Positions 17,839-25,919 of a DNA stretch of 64,000 nucleotides are shown here, piece after piece. Numbering within the stretch: the first letter of the stretch is position 1; every line of letters begins with the position of its first letter. Origin of the DNA: Candidatus Micrarchaeota archaeon (lineage in GTDB: Archaea > Micrarchaeota > Micrarchaeia > Micrarchaeales > CABMGC01). The notes under the pieces were generated by a model that did no database searches, had not been told where the DNA came from, and worked only from the letters and a program-made list of their open reading frames with translations. Made by a program: the position numbers and the translations under genes. Location: contig JAGWHD010000001.1 of NCBI GenBank assembly GCA_028866995.1, positions 183,218 to 247,217 of the forward strand, given 5' to 3'.

Positions 17839-18345
17839 ATGGGAGCTTACAAGTACATAAGAGAGAGCCTTCAGAACAGGTACAGCGAGCGAGACCAGGT
17901 CTTCAAGCAGCGCGCCGCGCAATGGAGGGAGGAGCCTTCGGTGGTGAGGATCGAGAGGCCTACGAACCTGTCGAGGGCAAGGGAGCTCGGCTACAAGGCA
18001 AAGCAGGGAGTTGTAGTCGCAAGAGTCAGGATAAAGAAGGGACTGAGAAAAAGGGAGAAGGCGAGGGGAGGTAGGAAGCCATCCAAGTCAGGAAGATTTT
18101 TCGCTTATGACAAGTCGATGCAGTCCATCGCGGAGGAGAGAGCCGCAAGGAAGTTCCTCAACTGCGAAGTGGTCAATTCCTATTATGCTGGAGAGGACGG
18201 CAAGTTCAAGTTCTTCGAGACAATACTCGTTGACAGGACCAACCCCGCAACTGCATCGGACGATTTCTACAGGCAGGTCGCAAGCAGAAGGGGAAGGAGC
18301 TTCAGGGGCCTTACAAGCTCAGGAAGGAAGCACCGCGGCATCTGA
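17839..18345 (+). CDS. rpl15e: 50S ribosomal protein L15e (eL15)
   Basis: MGAYKYIRE..., VRIERPTNLSRARELGYKAKQG, GGRKPSK are typical eL15. Confidence 0.95.
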   Translation: MGAYKYIRESLQNRYSERDQVFKQRAAQWREEPSVVRIERPTNLSRARELGYKAKQGVVVARVRIKKGLRKREKARGGRKPSKSGRFFAYDKSMQSIAEERAARKFLNCEVVNSYYAGEDGKFKFFETILVDRTNPATASDDFYRQVASRRGRSFRGLTSSGRKHRGI

Positions 18346-18347
18346 GG

Positions 18348-18590
18348 GTGCTTCGCGTGCCCAAGGCTACGCTCAGGATTGAGTTGGGAGATAATTCTAA
18401 GGATTACGCTGCGGTTCTTGACAAGCCAAAGCTGAAGGGCGTTAATGTGAGAACAATTGGAAAGGGCAATTTCATAGAGATAGAGGTAGAGGCCGATAAT
18501 CCTGCTAGCCTTATATCCGCTGTCGGCATACTGATGAAGCAGTTGAGAACTGTTGAGAGCGTGGGCTCGCTCGTAGGCAAGAGGAGATAG
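18348..18590 (+). CDS. small protein, possibly KEOPS subunit Pcc1-like
   Basis: 80 aa, GTG start 2 nt after the L15e stop. The pattern ...IEIEVEADNPASLISAVGILMKQLRTVESV resembles the Pcc1 C-terminal strand-helix (IKAxDxSALRxxxNSYLRW). Weak, from memory. Confidence 0.45.
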   Translation: MLRVPKATLRIELGDNSKDYAAVLDKPKLKGVNVRTIGKGNFIEIEVEADNPASLISAVGILMKQLRTVESVGSLVGKRR

Positions 18591-18622
18591 CCTTTTCCTT
18601 CCTTAATCCGCATTCCTGATAT

Positions 18623-18632
18623 CTTTAAATAC
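18623..18632 (+). promoter_or_regulatory. TATA box CTTTAAATAC
   Basis: Lies 18-24 nt upstream of ATG 18650/18656, which implies a leaderless transcript. Confidence 0.5.
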
Positions 18633-18649
18633 CAGGACAAGTCCACGAA

Positions 18650-19591
18650 ATGCCTATGTCATTGCAAGGCCCCACGAGGACGAAGTTGGTCACCGGGTCA
18701 AAGGCCGGTTCTTCCTCTATTGCCTACGTTCCAGATGAGCGGCGCATAGAAGTCATGAACGGTGACAGGGAAAGGGTGGATGTCGGCGGGGTACACGTAG
18801 TAAGGCCGATAAAGCGAAAGACCATGAAGCACTTCTGGCTGATGCAAGGATGGTACGTGGTCAAGGACGGCACCGTAGCGCTTAGGTCAGCTGACTGGAG
18901 AAATCCGGAAGCGAGGAGGGAGGCGGTGCGATTTCTCGTTGACGAGGTTCTAGAGGTAGAACCCAGGATGATCAAGACCGGCGACTTCGGCAACAACATG
19001 CTGCGGCAACTCCTCAACAAATATTTCGGGCACAGCGCATACAAGGCGATAGACTTCGCTTTCCCAGAGCTCGGTATAAAACCTTGGGAGATGCCGTACG
19101 TTCGCGCGCCTGCGAATACGTTTGCAGATCAAGAAGCAAGGAGGGATGCATACGTGTGGCTTGAAAGGATGGCTGGAAAGGACTGGAGCCGGATAACTGC
19201 AAAGGACTTCCAGGAATGGGGGTTGTGGGGGCCTTTCGTGCGCTATTGGGGTTCAAGCCCCTTCAAAGCAGCATGCGAGGCGCATCCGGAGCTTGACGTG
19301 CAGAGGGACAAGATGGAAAGGCAACCGAGGGGCTACAGAGCCGATGCAGAGGGCAACAGGGAAAAGATAAGGAGGATGGTTGAGAGAAGCGGGAAGGACC
19401 CTAGGCTTATAACCAAGTACGACTTCCACAGCTACGGCGAGGGGCTCGGGACCATCTTTGTCCACGATTACAATGGCAGTGCCTTCAGGGCCCTCCTAGA
19501 CGCTGGACTTGTCAGCGAAAGCGACAGGAGCATAATGAGCATCCCTGGGCCAGCATCGAGGAGGCTCGCTGCCCTGAAAAGAGCGGCCTGA
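18650..19591 (+). CDS. hypothetical protein with three tandem ~60-aa helical repeats
   Basis: The internal repeats align by eye: EARREAVRFLVDEV..MIKTGDFGNNMLRQLLNKYFGHSAYKAIDFAFPEL / EARRDAYVWLERMAGKDWSRITAKDFQEWGLWGPFVRYWGSSPFKAACEAHPEL / NREKIRRMVERSGKDPRLITKYDFHSYGEGLGTIFVHDYNGSAFRALLDAGLV. Confidence 0.7.
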   Translation: MPMSLQGPTRTKLVTGSKAGSSSIAYVPDERRIEVMNGDRERVDVGGVHVVRPIKRKTMKHFWLMQGWYVVKDGTVALRSADWRNPEARREAVRFLVDEVLEVEPRMIKTGDFGNNMLRQLLNKYFGHSAYKAIDFAFPELGIKPWEMPYVRAPANTFADQEARRDAYVWLERMAGKDWSRITAKDFQEWGLWGPFVRYWGSSPFKAACEAHPELDVQRDKMERQPRGYRADAEGNREKIRRMVERSGKDPRLITKYDFHSYGEGLGTIFVHDYNGSAFRALLDAGLVSESDRSIMSIPGPASRRLAALKRAA

Positions 19592-19685
19592 GGGTGTTGA
19601 TTTGCAGGAAACCTCCCCAGCGATAAGATTATAAATATATCAAAGATAATAGTAGTGCTTTCTGGTTCCTTTAAAGTGAAGAGGC

Positions 19686-20645
19686 ATGAGAAAAGGCTCT
19701 CTAGAGTATTGGCCCCATAGACGGGCAAAAGCGCAGATGCCCAGGATAAGAACCTGGCAGGAGGTAGCAGAGCCAGGTTTCCTCGGCTTCGTCGGGTTCA
19801 AGGCAGGCATGACGCACGTGGCCATGACGGACGACACGGAGTCCCCTTCGAAGGGCAGCGAGGTCACGAAGCCAGTGACCATCCTTGAGATGCCAAAAGT
19901 CTACATCTACGGGATAAGGTCTTACAAGAAGAAGTACGAGTACGTTGAGCCGGATGCAGTGGCATACGACAAGGAGCTCGCGAAGAAGGTCGGCATAAAG
20001 GAGACCAAGAATGCGGACATAGCAAAGATGAAGGAGCAGAAGGGCATAGTCAATGTTCGGGCGATGGCCTTCATCGATCCCGCTGACATAGGGATCGCGA
20101 ACAAGAGGGTCATGAGGTTCGAGATGGGCGTAGGCGGCAAGGACGTCCAGGAGAAGATAGCATTCATAGAGAAGTGGATGGGCAAGGAGCTCAAGATAAG
20201 CGACGTCATAGGCACGGGAGAGTACATCGACGTCAAGGCGATAACGAAAGGAAAGGGCTGGGCGGGAGTAATCAAGAGGTTCGGAGTTGCGAGAGGGTAC
20301 AGGAAGGCGACGGGGAAGATAAGGCACCTCGGAGTGCTTGGAGCATGGCATCCTGCCAAGGTCCTCTATACAGTACCGCACTCAGGACACATGGGATACA
20401 ACTACAGGTTGGAGAGGAACAAGAGAGTCCTCAAGATGGGCACTGCGAAGGATGCGGCCTCAATCAACGTAAGCGGCGGCTTCGTGAACTACGGAGTTGT
20501 CAAGAACGACTTCATAATGCTTCAGGGCTCGATACCGGGACCTTCAAAGAGGCTCATAAGGATAAGGAAGGCTATGAGGAACAGGAAGCCGAAGAAGGAA
20601 CCGCAGATAAGCTACATATCAATAGCGTCGAAGCAGGGTGCATGA
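19686..20645 (+). CDS. rpl3: 50S ribosomal protein L3 (uL3)
   Basis: GFVGFKAGMTHV, GKGWAGVIKRFG and HPAKVLYTVPHSGHMGY are uL3 blocks. Confidence 0.96.
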   Translation: MRKGSLEYWPHRRAKAQMPRIRTWQEVAEPGFLGFVGFKAGMTHVAMTDDTESPSKGSEVTKPVTILEMPKVYIYGIRSYKKKYEYVEPDAVAYDKELAKKVGIKETKNADIAKMKEQKGIVNVRAMAFIDPADIGIANKRVMRFEMGVGGKDVQEKIAFIEKWMGKELKISDVIGTGEYIDVKAITKGKGWAGVIKRFGVARGYRKATGKIRHLGVLGAWHPAKVLYTVPHSGHMGYNYRLERNKRVLKMGTAKDAASINVSGGFVNYGVVKNDFIMLQGSIPGPSKRLIRIRKAMRNRKPKKEPQISYISIASKQGA

Positions 20646-20646
20646 A

Positions 20647-21438
20647 ATGAACGTTTACGATCTTGATGGAAAGGTTGAGAAGAGCATAGAATTGCCAGAG
20701 GCATTCTCCTCAGGATACAGGGAAGACCTGGTAAGAAGGGCATTGCTCGCTGAGCAGAGCCTCGAGTACCAGCCTCAAGGACATGACGTCATGGCGGGAT
20801 TGAGGACCACTGCAGTATACGTAGGCAATTACAAATCATACAGGACAGGGAGGCACATGGGAATCGCGATAAGGCCGAGGCAGAAGCTCGGAGGGGGAGC
20901 CCAGGGAGACGTGCGAAGGATTCCTTCGGCTACGAAGGGAAGGAGGGCCCATCCGCACAAGATCGAGAAGACCATCGTCGAGAGGATAAACAACAGGGAG
21001 TACGTAAGGGCGGTCTTCGCTGCGATATCAGGATGCAGGGAGTCCGAGGCGATAAAGGAGAGGCACAGGTTCAAGGGCGATGCCCCGATAATAATAGACC
21101 AGAAGATAGAAGGGGTATCGAAGACAAAGCAGCTTATGCAGATACTTGAGAAGCTCGGGGTTTCGGATGACTTGGACGCTTCGCACAAGCCGAGGCTGGC
21201 GAATGGCATGAGGAGGAAGGCGCAGCTGAGGCACTTCAGGAGGAGCGTGCTCATAGTGGCAAAGGATGCGAGCAAGATATCCAAGGCTGGAAGGAACATA
21301 CCAGGAGTGGAGGTATGCAGCGTCAGTGAGCTCACGATACAGAAGCTTGCGCCTGGGGGCATGCCCAGATTGTCAGTATGGTCTGAGAACTCCCTTGCAG
21401 ACGTGAAGGCTTCAGTCGAGAAGATGAGGCTAAGATGA
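20647..21438 (+). CDS. rpl4: 50S ribosomal protein L4 (uL4)
   Basis: Follows L3. Contains AVYVGNYKSYRTGRHMGIAIRPRQK and IPSATKGRRAHPHK. ATG 20647 lies 1 nt after the L3 stop. Confidence 0.95.
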   Translation: MNVYDLDGKVEKSIELPEAFSSGYREDLVRRALLAEQSLEYQPQGHDVMAGLRTTAVYVGNYKSYRTGRHMGIAIRPRQKLGGGAQGDVRRIPSATKGRRAHPHKIEKTIVERINNREYVRAVFAAISGCRESEAIKERHRFKGDAPIIIDQKIEGVSKTKQLMQILEKLGVSDDLDASHKPRLANGMRRKAQLRHFRRSVLIVAKDASKISKAGRNIPGVEVCSVSELTIQKLAPGGMPRLSVWSENSLADVKASVEKMRLR

Positions 21439-21442
21439 TATC

Positions 21443-21694
21443 ATGAGAACTCTCCTTTACCCGCTTGCAACAGAAAAGGCCCTCAACGTAGTGGACAGGG
21501 AGAACATAATATCTTACATAGTGGACATTAGGAGCAACAAGGAGCAGATAAAGAAGGAGTTCGAGGCAACCTTCAACGTCAAGGTGGTAAGGGTCAGGAC
21601 TGCGATCAGCATCAGGAACGTCAAGCGCGCTTACATAAAGCTTAATAAGGATTACAAGGCAAGCGACATAGCCAGACGGCTGAAGCTTGTGTAG
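21443..21694 (+). CDS. rpl23: 50S ribosomal protein L23 (uL23)
   Basis: 83 aa, operon position, PLATEKALN...YIVDIRSNKEQIKKEFE. Confidence 0.95.
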   Translation: MRTLLYPLATEKALNVVDRENIISYIVDIRSNKEQIKKEFEATFNVKVVRVRTAISIRNVKRAYIKLNKDYKASDIARRLKLV

Positions 21695-21705
21695 ATGGTG
21701 AAGCT

Positions 21706-22425
21706 ATGGGAAAGAGACTAAGGATGCAAAGGAGAGGAAAGGGCGGCAACGCCTTTACAAAGCCACCCATTAGCTTCAAGGCCGACGTCAACTTCGGAAG
21801 CAAGCTCGTCCCCAACAGGCTTGTCGGCGAGGTCATGGAGTTCATCGACGACCCGGGACATACAGCGCCTCTCATGAGGATAAGGTACGAGGACGACACG
21901 GAGAACATACTCATAGCGCCAGAGGGCATAAAGATAGGGGACAGGATACAGGAAGGGAGAGGAGCGGACATACTTCTCGGCAGCATACTCCCTCTCGAGA
22001 AGATACCTGACGGAATGCCGATATACAACATAGAGGTAAAGCCGGGCGACGGGGGCAAGATGGCGAGGAGCGCGGGCAGCTACGCGACGATACTTGCGCA
22101 CCTCTCAGGCAAGGTCAGCGTAATGATGCCTTCGAAGCATGCGCTCGAGATACCGCAGGAGTGCAGGGCGGAGATAGGCGCAGTAGCTGGAGGAGGGATC
22201 TACGCGCAGCCGATAATGAAGGCAGGAAAGGCGCATTACATGCATCACGCTACAAATGACGGATGGCCAGTGCATAGGGGAGTCAAGATGAACCCTGTAG
22301 ACCACCCGTTCGGAGGAAAGCAGCACCACAAGGGAGCATCAAGCATGGTCTCGAGGCACGCGCCTCCTGGAGCCAAGGTGGGGCACATAGCCGCAAGAAG
22401 GGTAGGGAGGAAGAAGAGAGGTTGA
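21706..22425 (+). CDS. rpl2: 50S ribosomal protein L2 (uL2)
   Basis: IYNIEVKPGDGGKMARSAGSYA and NPVDHPFGGKQHH are typical uL2. Confidence 0.97.
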   Translation: MGKRLRMQRRGKGGNAFTKPPISFKADVNFGSKLVPNRLVGEVMEFIDDPGHTAPLMRIRYEDDTENILIAPEGIKIGDRIQEGRGADILLGSILPLEKIPDGMPIYNIEVKPGDGGKMARSAGSYATILAHLSGKVSVMMPSKHALEIPQECRAEIGAVAGGGIYAQPIMKAGKAHYMHHATNDGWPVHRGVKMNPVDHPFGGKQHHKGASSMVSRHAPPGAKVGHIAARRVGRKKRG

Positions 22426-22431
22426 TGATAC

Positions 22432-22824
22432 ATGGCCAGGGCATTTAGTTTCAGGGGCAAGAGCGCCGAGGAGCTGCAGCAGATGGACATGGCGCAGTTC
22501 TCCAAGCTGCTCAAGAGCAGGCAGAGAAGGGCCATCAAGCGCATGGGAGTGCAGTACAAGTCACTGATAGTCAAGGTCGAGAGGGCGAAGAAGAAGGGCA
22601 CCGGGAAGACCATAAGGACGCACATAAGAGAAGCGGTCATACTTCCGCAGTGGATAGGGATGAGGTTCGCGGTCTACAACGGCAAGAGCTTCGACGAGAT
22701 AAGCATAGGGCCTGAGATGATGGGCCACAGGCTCGGCGAGTACGCGTACACTGTAAAGCACGTGCAGCACTCGGCTCCTGGAATCAGGGCAACCAGAGGA
22801 AGCAAGTTCCTCGCGGTGAAGTAA
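22432..22824 (+). CDS. rps19: 30S ribosomal protein S19 (uS19)
   Basis: FAVYNGKSFDEISIGPEMMGHRLGEYAYT is the uS19 core. Confidence 0.96.
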   Translation: MARAFSFRGKSAEELQQMDMAQFSKLLKSRQRRAIKRMGVQYKSLIVKVERAKKKGTGKTIRTHIREAVILPQWIGMRFAVYNGKSFDEISIGPEMMGHRLGEYAYTVKHVQHSAPGIRATRGSKFLAVK

Positions 22825-23544
22825 ATGAGATACTCAATGGATACGAAGAAGGAAGGCCTTGCCAAGGCATACAGCAAGGACGTCAACGCGAGCTACAAGG
22901 ACCTTGGGGCGGTATGCGACGCGATAAGGTACACTAGGGCTGACATGGCGCTGCGGCTGCTCGAGAAGGTGATAGCGATGCAGATGCCTGTCCCTTACAA
23001 GAGGCACAACAAGCACATGGGTTCAAGGCATGAGTTGGGAGGCGCAAAGGGAGGATACCCGAAGAAGGCAGCGGCTGAGATAAAGCACACGCTGGTCAAC
23101 GCGATGGCCAACGCTGACAACCTGGGCCTTGACGGCCAGTCGCTTTTCGTGATCCACGCGGTTGCGAACAAGACAAGGATAGAGAGGAGGTACCCTTCAA
23201 AGGGATCGCTCGCGTGGGGAAGGGGCATGTACGGCAGGTCATCGCTCAACCACAGCGACATAGAGTACGCGAAGATAGAGATCGGGCTGTCGGAACCTGA
23301 TGCACAGTTCCTGACGAAGAACATGAGATACTTCATAAGGGCCAATTCGAAGGACCTCAAGACCCCTGAGAAGAACGCCAAGGAGAGGAAGGCGCCCAAG
23401 AAGGCCAAGGACGAGAAGAAGGCCGAGGCGAAGGCAGCCCCTGCGAAGAGGGAGGAGCCGAAAGCGGTAGAGCACAAGGAGCACCACGAGCATGCGCAGG
23501 CAAAGGGCGATGGCAGCGAGGAGAAGAAGGAGGAAAAGAAGTGA
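22825..23544 (+). CDS. rpl22: 50S ribosomal protein L22 (uL22) with ~80-aa Lys/Glu/Ala-rich C-terminal extension
   Basis: The uL22 core runs to about aa 157 (VNASYKDLGAVCDAIR..., HAVANKTRIERRYPS). It is followed by KTPEKNAKERKAPKKAKDEKKAEAKAAPAKREEPKAVEHKEHHEHAQAKGDGSEEKKEEKK. Confidence 0.93.
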   Translation: MRYSMDTKKEGLAKAYSKDVNASYKDLGAVCDAIRYTRADMALRLLEKVIAMQMPVPYKRHNKHMGSRHELGGAKGGYPKKAAAEIKHTLVNAMANADNLGLDGQSLFVIHAVANKTRIERRYPSKGSLAWGRGMYGRSSLNHSDIEYAKIEIGLSEPDAQFLTKNMRYFIRANSKDLKTPEKNAKERKAPKKAKDEKKAEAKAAPAKREEPKAVEHKEHHEHAQAKGDGSEEKKEEKK

Positions 23545-23548
23545 TAGG

Positions 23549-24193
23549 ATGGTAGTCGAGAGAAAATTCATAGAAGATCTGATGATAAAGCACAACATAT
23601 CAAAGTACCTCGAGAGGAGGCTCTCGAAAGCCGGATATTCAAGAGTGGACATACAGAAGACGCCGATCATAACCAGGATAACTACGTACGTGACAAACCC
23701 CGGCAGGGTCATAGGAAGGGGAGGGGAGACGATCGACGCCCTTACCGAGGACATGAAGAAGAAGTTCAACATAGACAACCCGCAGATCAGCGTCACCGAG
23801 GTCAAGAACCAGAAGCTTGAGCCCAGGCTGGTCGCGAAGTACGTCGCGAACTCGCTGGAGAGGGGGGTCAACGCGAGGAGGCTGCTCCATTCGGTCATAA
23901 GGGACATAATGAGCAACGGGGCCCTTGGAGCCGAGATAATAGCCCAGGGCAAGCTCGCAGCTAAGGGAGCGAAGGCCAAGTCCATAAAGGTAAGGCTTGG
24001 ATACCTGCCAAAGGCCGGAGACGTGGTGAAGCTTATTGATGAGGCGAAGGTTGCATCGTATCCTAAGTACGGCGCGATAGGCATACAGGTAAGGATAGTG
24101 CAGCCGGGAACGAAGTTCCCGGACAGGGAGATAGGCAAGATAGAGCTGCCGAAGAGCATCGCGGCCGCGGGCATGGGCCCTCGCCACCAATAG
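23549..24193 (+). CDS. rps3: 30S ribosomal protein S3 (uS3)
   Basis: KH domain PGRVIGRGGETIDAL and operon position. ATG 23549 lies 4 nt after the L22 stop. The track ORF starts earlier, out of context. Confidence 0.95.
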   Translation: MVVERKFIEDLMIKHNISKYLERRLSKAGYSRVDIQKTPIITRITTYVTNPGRVIGRGGETIDALTEDMKKKFNIDNPQISVTEVKNQKLEPRLVAKYVANSLERGVNARRLLHSVIRDIMSNGALGAEIIAQGKLAAKGAKAKSIKVRLGYLPKAGDVVKLIDEAKVASYPKYGAIGIQVRIVQPGTKFPDREIGKIELPKSIAAAGMGPRHQ

Positions 24194-24229
24194 CTATATT
24201 AACCAGAAAAGCCACAACATGGTGTAGAT

Positions 24230-24427
24230 ATGAGGATAAAGGATCTAAGGTCGCTTTCCACGGAGGCATTGCAGGCTAAGCTCGGAGAACTCAGGCTCGA
24301 GACGGGAATTGAAAAAAGGCGCATAGCGAGCACAGGTGTCGCGAGCAAGAAGATAAAGATGAAGGAGATGCGCAGGACCGTGGCCCAGATACTCACAATC
24401 CTCAAGGAGAAGGGTGCCAAGGCTTAA
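24230..24427 (+). CDS. rpl29: 50S ribosomal protein L29 (uL29)
   Basis: 65 aa, MRIKDLRSLSTEALQAKLGELRLE. Confidence 0.93.
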   Translation: MRIKDLRSLSTEALQAKLGELRLETGIEKRRIASTGVASKKIKMKEMRRTVAQILTILKEKGAKA

Positions 24428-24732
24428 TGCCAGAGATTTGTCCTAAATGCGGCCTGCCGAAGGAGATATGCGTATGCGATATCCTCGACAGGGAGACGAA
24501 CAGGAGGATAAAGGTATACATTGAGAGGAAGAAGTTCAGGAAGTACATGACCGTTGTAGAGGGGCTTACTGGCGAGGAGCTCGAGAAGACAGCCAAGGAG
24601 CTCAAGAGGGTTCTCGCCTGCGGAGGGACTTACAAGAACGGTATAATAGAGCTCCAGGGGGAGCACAAGGATAACGTAAAGAAAGCGCTGTTGCAGATGG
24701 GATACCCCGAAGAGAGCATTGACGTGGCATGA
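24427..24732 (+). CDS. sui1: translation initiation factor aIF1 (SUI1)
   Basis: N-terminal Zn knuckle CPKCGLPKEICVC, then KVYIERKKFRKYMTVVEGL...LACGGTYKNGIIELQGEH. The ATG overlaps the L29 stop (TAATG). Confidence 0.93.
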   Translation: MPEICPKCGLPKEICVCDILDRETNRRIKVYIERKKFRKYMTVVEGLTGEELEKTAKELKRVLACGGTYKNGIIELQGEHKDNVKKALLQMGYPEESIDVA

Positions 24733-24744
24733 GCCACGCTGCTT

Positions 24745-24945
24745 CCCTTCAAACTGTTTCTTCAGGCCCTTCTGAATGCCAGCCTCAGAGGGCCGGCTCT
24801 CCGAGACACTCCGTTTAGGGCTTCGCGCTGCGCCGCATGGGCTGCGAGCCTTTCCGCGACCTCTCCTGAAGAGGGTACGTGCCTTTGATGCACAGTCGGG
24901 GCTTTCGCTGGTTCCCCGTTTCCGTCCTGTTTCTCTTTTTCTCTA
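24745..24945. ncRNA. candidate structured non-coding RNA or long structured 3'UTR, class unknown
   Basis: GC-rich, hairpin-dense stretch in a 336-nt gap with no convincing ORF. Examples: GGCCCTTCTGAATGCCAGCCTCAGAGGGCC at 24765-24794 (10 bp with one bulge), CCTCTCCTGAAGAGG, GTGCCTTTGATGCAC. A T-tract at 24928-24944 follows on the plus strand, and a palindromic TATA at about 25027-25038 could drive a minus-strand RNA. Confidence 0.25.
24928..24944 (+). terminator. pyrimidine/T-rich tract (TGTTTCTCTTTTTCTCT), archaeal-type terminator candidate
   Basis: This is the only T-tract between the SUI1 stop and the next promoter. Confidence 0.35.
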
Positions 24946-25068
24946 TGTGTCATTCATTCACCTAGCAGTAAGGATTTCGCTTTCAGTTAACTTGGTCGCA
25001 AGATACGGTTGCCATATGCCACATGGATATATTAATATGTTTTGGTCACGAATGAGACTATTGGTTTG

Positions 25069-25908
25069 ATGAAGGCGTTCCTCGCAGTCGCGATAGCTGC
25101 ATTATTGCTCTCCGGAATCTCGTTCGCCAAGTACCTCGACATACAGGGGCCGGTATCAGGCACCCTTTACGACAACGGCACAATAGCCTTGGGCAGCGTC
25201 GGACCCGGGGAGAGCTTCTACGTCTCCGCCAGCGCGACGACCACCAACGCGAGCGGCGCCACTGTGAACATAGGATGGGACACCTTGGAAGCGCTGAACT
25301 CGAGCCTGCCTGCTGGCTGGACTGCGCAGGCGAGCCCGCTTTACGAAAATCCTATGAAGATGAAGATTACAACAGCCCCGGACACGCCAAACGGGGTCTA
25401 TACCATAGCGATAAGGGCGATCAACGTCCAGAACTACTCGAAGCTTGGTAACCTGACGATAAACGCCAAGGTCAACGTGACGCAGAAGGTGGTCAACTTC
25501 AGCGCCGAGCCCACAAGGATATCCGTAGGGACAGGCCAGCCTATCAGCATCAAGGTTACGATAAACAACACTGGAATATCCGATGACCCGTTCTACATAG
25601 CTGCAGTAGGGCTTCCAGCATGGAACGTCTCGGACCAGGTAATAGCGCTCCATTCGACGAAGGGCACGTACGTGTACCCAGTATACGTCAACGAGCCTGG
25701 GACATACGACTTCAACATGACCGTCAGCTCCTCGACGAGCCCGTTGATACGCAGCTCCTTCCCGATACGCATGGTTGCGCAGGCGAGCCTGCTGAACGAC
25801 TACAGCGCGGTTGGCCAGGGAGTCGTACTCTCGCCCGTCATCTTCCAGCCCTCGTATTCGCTGATGCTGCTCATCTCTGACGTCTACAAGGCACTCACGA
25901 ATCATTAA
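25069..25908 (+). CDS. secreted/surface glycoprotein candidate
   Basis: Signal peptide MKAFLAVAIAALLLSGISFA, about ten N-x-S/T sequons, beta-rich repeats (ISIKVTINNTGISDDPFYIAAVGLP, CARDB/NEW-like) and a hydrophobic C-terminus. ATG 25069; the track starts at TTG 25042. Confidence 0.7.
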   Translation: MKAFLAVAIAALLLSGISFAKYLDIQGPVSGTLYDNGTIALGSVGPGESFYVSASATTTNASGATVNIGWDTLEALNSSLPAGWTAQASPLYENPMKMKITTAPDTPNGVYTIAIRAINVQNYSKLGNLTINAKVNVTQKVVNFSAEPTRISVGTGQPISIKVTINNTGISDDPFYIAAVGLPAWNVSDQVIALHSTKGTYVYPVYVNEPGTYDFNMTVSSSTSPLIRSSFPIRMVAQASLLNDYSAVGQGVVLSPVIFQPSYSLMLLISDVYKALTNH

Positions 25909-25919
25909 GGGTCTTCGGA

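Noticed and set aside
24745-24945. Assignment of the structured region to SRP RNA or RNase P RNA
   Set aside because: I could not fold a GNAR-capped helix 8 or a P4/CR-I to CR-V arrangement. Only a loose local resemblance (GGAAAGGCUCGCAGCC) exists. It is kept as a class-unknown candidate only.
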